A stretch of DNA of 64,000 bases. Source: Takakia lepidozioides (taxonomy: Eukaryota > Plantae > Bryophyta). Below are positions 61,951 through 64,000 of this stretch, in pieces. Position numbers and translations under genes: made by a program. Location: contig CM060731.1 of NCBI GenBank assembly GCA_030704615.1, positions 80,104,001 to 80,168,000 of the forward strand, in the 5' to 3' direction. Numbering within the stretch: the first letter of the stretch is position 1; every line of letters begins with the position of its first letter. The notes below the pieces were generated by a model. It was not told the DNA's origin, did no database searches, and was given only the letters and a program-made list of their open reading frames with translations.

Positions 61951-64000
61951 TGCAGGTGAAACTAACCTTACTGTTTGCAACATGACATCGAAGCCAAAGT
62001 CCATGTTTGTTTTGTCCCCCCGGATGCCCTCTCACGCAAGGCTGGCACTATATGTTTTGCAGGGACCACATGTACAGGGAGTGGCAGTGGGGTCGAATGT
62101 GAAGAAGGTGGGTCCTGCGCCTAGGACCATAGTGCTACAACGGCAGCATTCCGGATTTTCCCCCCGGCATGAGGAGGCAGCGCCCAAGGTATGGTTGTTC
62201 CCAGCCCCTCTCCGCAAACTTACTTGGTTGGTTTCCTTTATGGATACACTTCCTGAAGCGTTGCAATGTGTATTCATTGCAGGTGAGCAAGAGGAGTGCG
62301 CTGTCCCCGCACCATCATCGCAGCAGGACGTGGTTCCCCAGGCATGCATTCATGGCTCCTTGCTTTGCTGGCTGGTTTTTAGTAGGGTTATTTTTGCCAT
62401 AAGTTGTAGTGTGCAGGGTCTAAGCAGGGTGTTTGTTAGCTTGCCTCCGTGGAGGTTTGTTTATACCATTGCAACCACCAGAGTTCATGTTATTCTTATC
62501 CTTCTGACTAAACCTCTTTTTGCTGCTGCAATTGAAGACACATGGGCAGCTTTCCTCAGTTGCCACCCTCAGCGACGAGGCTTCGCTTCAAGGTACGTTG
62601 GTACACCGTGAATTTGCTGCTGATTCAGTATTGTGGCAACCAAGATCGTTTCCATGCCCAGCTGCGCTTGACTTTCATCCTGTCATTGCTATGTTTGTTG
62701 CTGAGTGGACCCTGATGTTGGTGTCTGCAGATATCAGATCTTGTGTTTCTCCTGAACCCCCATGACAAGCGGTCAAAGACAGCCCTGCCAAGGCGAAGTG
62801 GTGGGAATAGCCGGGGTTGACAAGTTCCACTGCAAGGACATTTGATCCGGGTGGTACAAGGTGAAAGTCCACGAGATCATGCTTCCAAGTGTTACATTGT
62901 CTTGCCCAAATGTGGACGATGCCCCCCCCCCCCAGACCACACTAGCGCACGTGAAAGGCACGGTGACTCTGTGGCCAGAGAAGAGTATGAGGAAAGGTGA
63001 AAGTATCAAGTGACATTTCATGTTTGTAGTCCATGTTGGGTGTGTAATGATACTTATAGAAGTGTGTATGATACTCACGTTACCAGTTTTGAACATTTGG
63101 GCCATGACAGTTTAAGTGATGTCCGACAACCATGTATGTTGGCATTTAGTCTTGCTCATATGCAGATGTGCCGTGACGGTCTCTAATTTGAATGTAATAT
63201 CACATTTCCTGACTTGTCGTCGTGTCCGTCCACCTTCTATGTGTATGTGTGATGGTCTTTGGTCTCCCTGTTGCCTCGTCTATTTGGTTCATTAGCGTGA
63301 TGTTGTGCATGCATCGTGGTCTGTGTTCTGAGTCTCGCCCAGTATCATTGCTTCTCAATTCCCCCTGCATATGGGTGAACCACTAAAACCAGTAGAATGC
63401 ATCAGAACCATATTTTCAGCTTAGAATGCAGGTCAGTTGGAAACTCACACAAACCACTACAAGTGCTCATTTTTTGTGCTTTCCTACTGTAGTGCAACCA
63501 ACTAGCACAGTGGCAGCGGAGTTGGCCAAAGCATCCCGAGATGGCACAAGCACTCTGCGTCTTTCCACTAGCAGTCGTACCCGTCACTGCCATTGCGTGG
63601 GGACGACGCCACGCGTCGACCCACACACTCTCCACGTGGTCCCCGTGGATTCGTCTGCCGGCAGTTGTGCAGTCAACTTCGCCAGTGGCTGTTGTGACGT
63701 CACATGCAGCACTCCAAGTGATGTGGCCGACTGCGATGTGGCGTCTTGGGCCCGTGGCCACGCGGCAGCATTGCCGTTCGTCGCGGCGCCGCCACATCGG
63801 CATCCACGTCCGCATCCACGTCCGCGTCCATGTGTCACCGCCGCCCCGGGTGAGTCAGTCCACTCATCCGGAGGGAAAAGTCAAAGTCAGCCCAAAAGGT
63901 CAGACACACGGGCGGCCCGCCTGGTTACGCCACGTGGTTCTTCAGCATTAATCGCATTAATTGCTGAGCAGTTGTTCGCGCGTCTGCGTCCTTTACCACT

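Larger units (their letters stand above)
57433..63013 (+). pseudogene. Multi-exon CACTA TnpA/ORF2-like gene (decayed) containing a HAD domain and ending in a Tnp1/En/Spm-like domain
   Basis: Low-complexity exons; KEHWQRDLRGLALRYL...KGERAKLKDKW; W...EKTQS...RARAEQKN; C-terminal FHCKDI.SGWYKVKVHEIMLPSVTLSCPNVDD..PQTTLAHVKGTVTLWP (62825-63013). Exon structure is inferred. Confidence 0.5.

Overview
Land-plant nuclear DNA, judged from PLS/DYW-class PPR genes and spliceosomal introns. The species cannot be determined; a non-seed plant is plausible. The window opens with one apparently intact 5-exon gene, a LAX2-like RAWUL-domain protein (4-4871). The rest is mostly PPR pseudogenes, CACTA pieces, a LINE fragment, FCP1/NIF-type HAD-domain ORFs and captured gene fragments. 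The main finding is a Ty3/Gypsy retrotransposon family, with one near-complete copy (9015-20513, minus strand, GGGT target-site duplication) and several partial copies. It has five unusual traits. (1) A DNMT3-like C5-cytosine methyltransferase lies between protease and RT. (2) The DDE integrase ends in a PHD finger. (3) A conserved UAG-CAA-CCA leaky-stop context separates Gag-PR-MTase from RT-RH-IN. (4) The primer-binding site is complementary to the element's own LTR, suggesting Tf1-like self-priming. (5) The terminal repeats are split and permuted (A...internal...PPT-B-gc-A-B), and the integrated ends map to an internal palindromic GACA-GC-TGTC junction. This suggests integration from a 2-LTR circle by a DDE integrase. 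All alignments and domain calls were made by eye.
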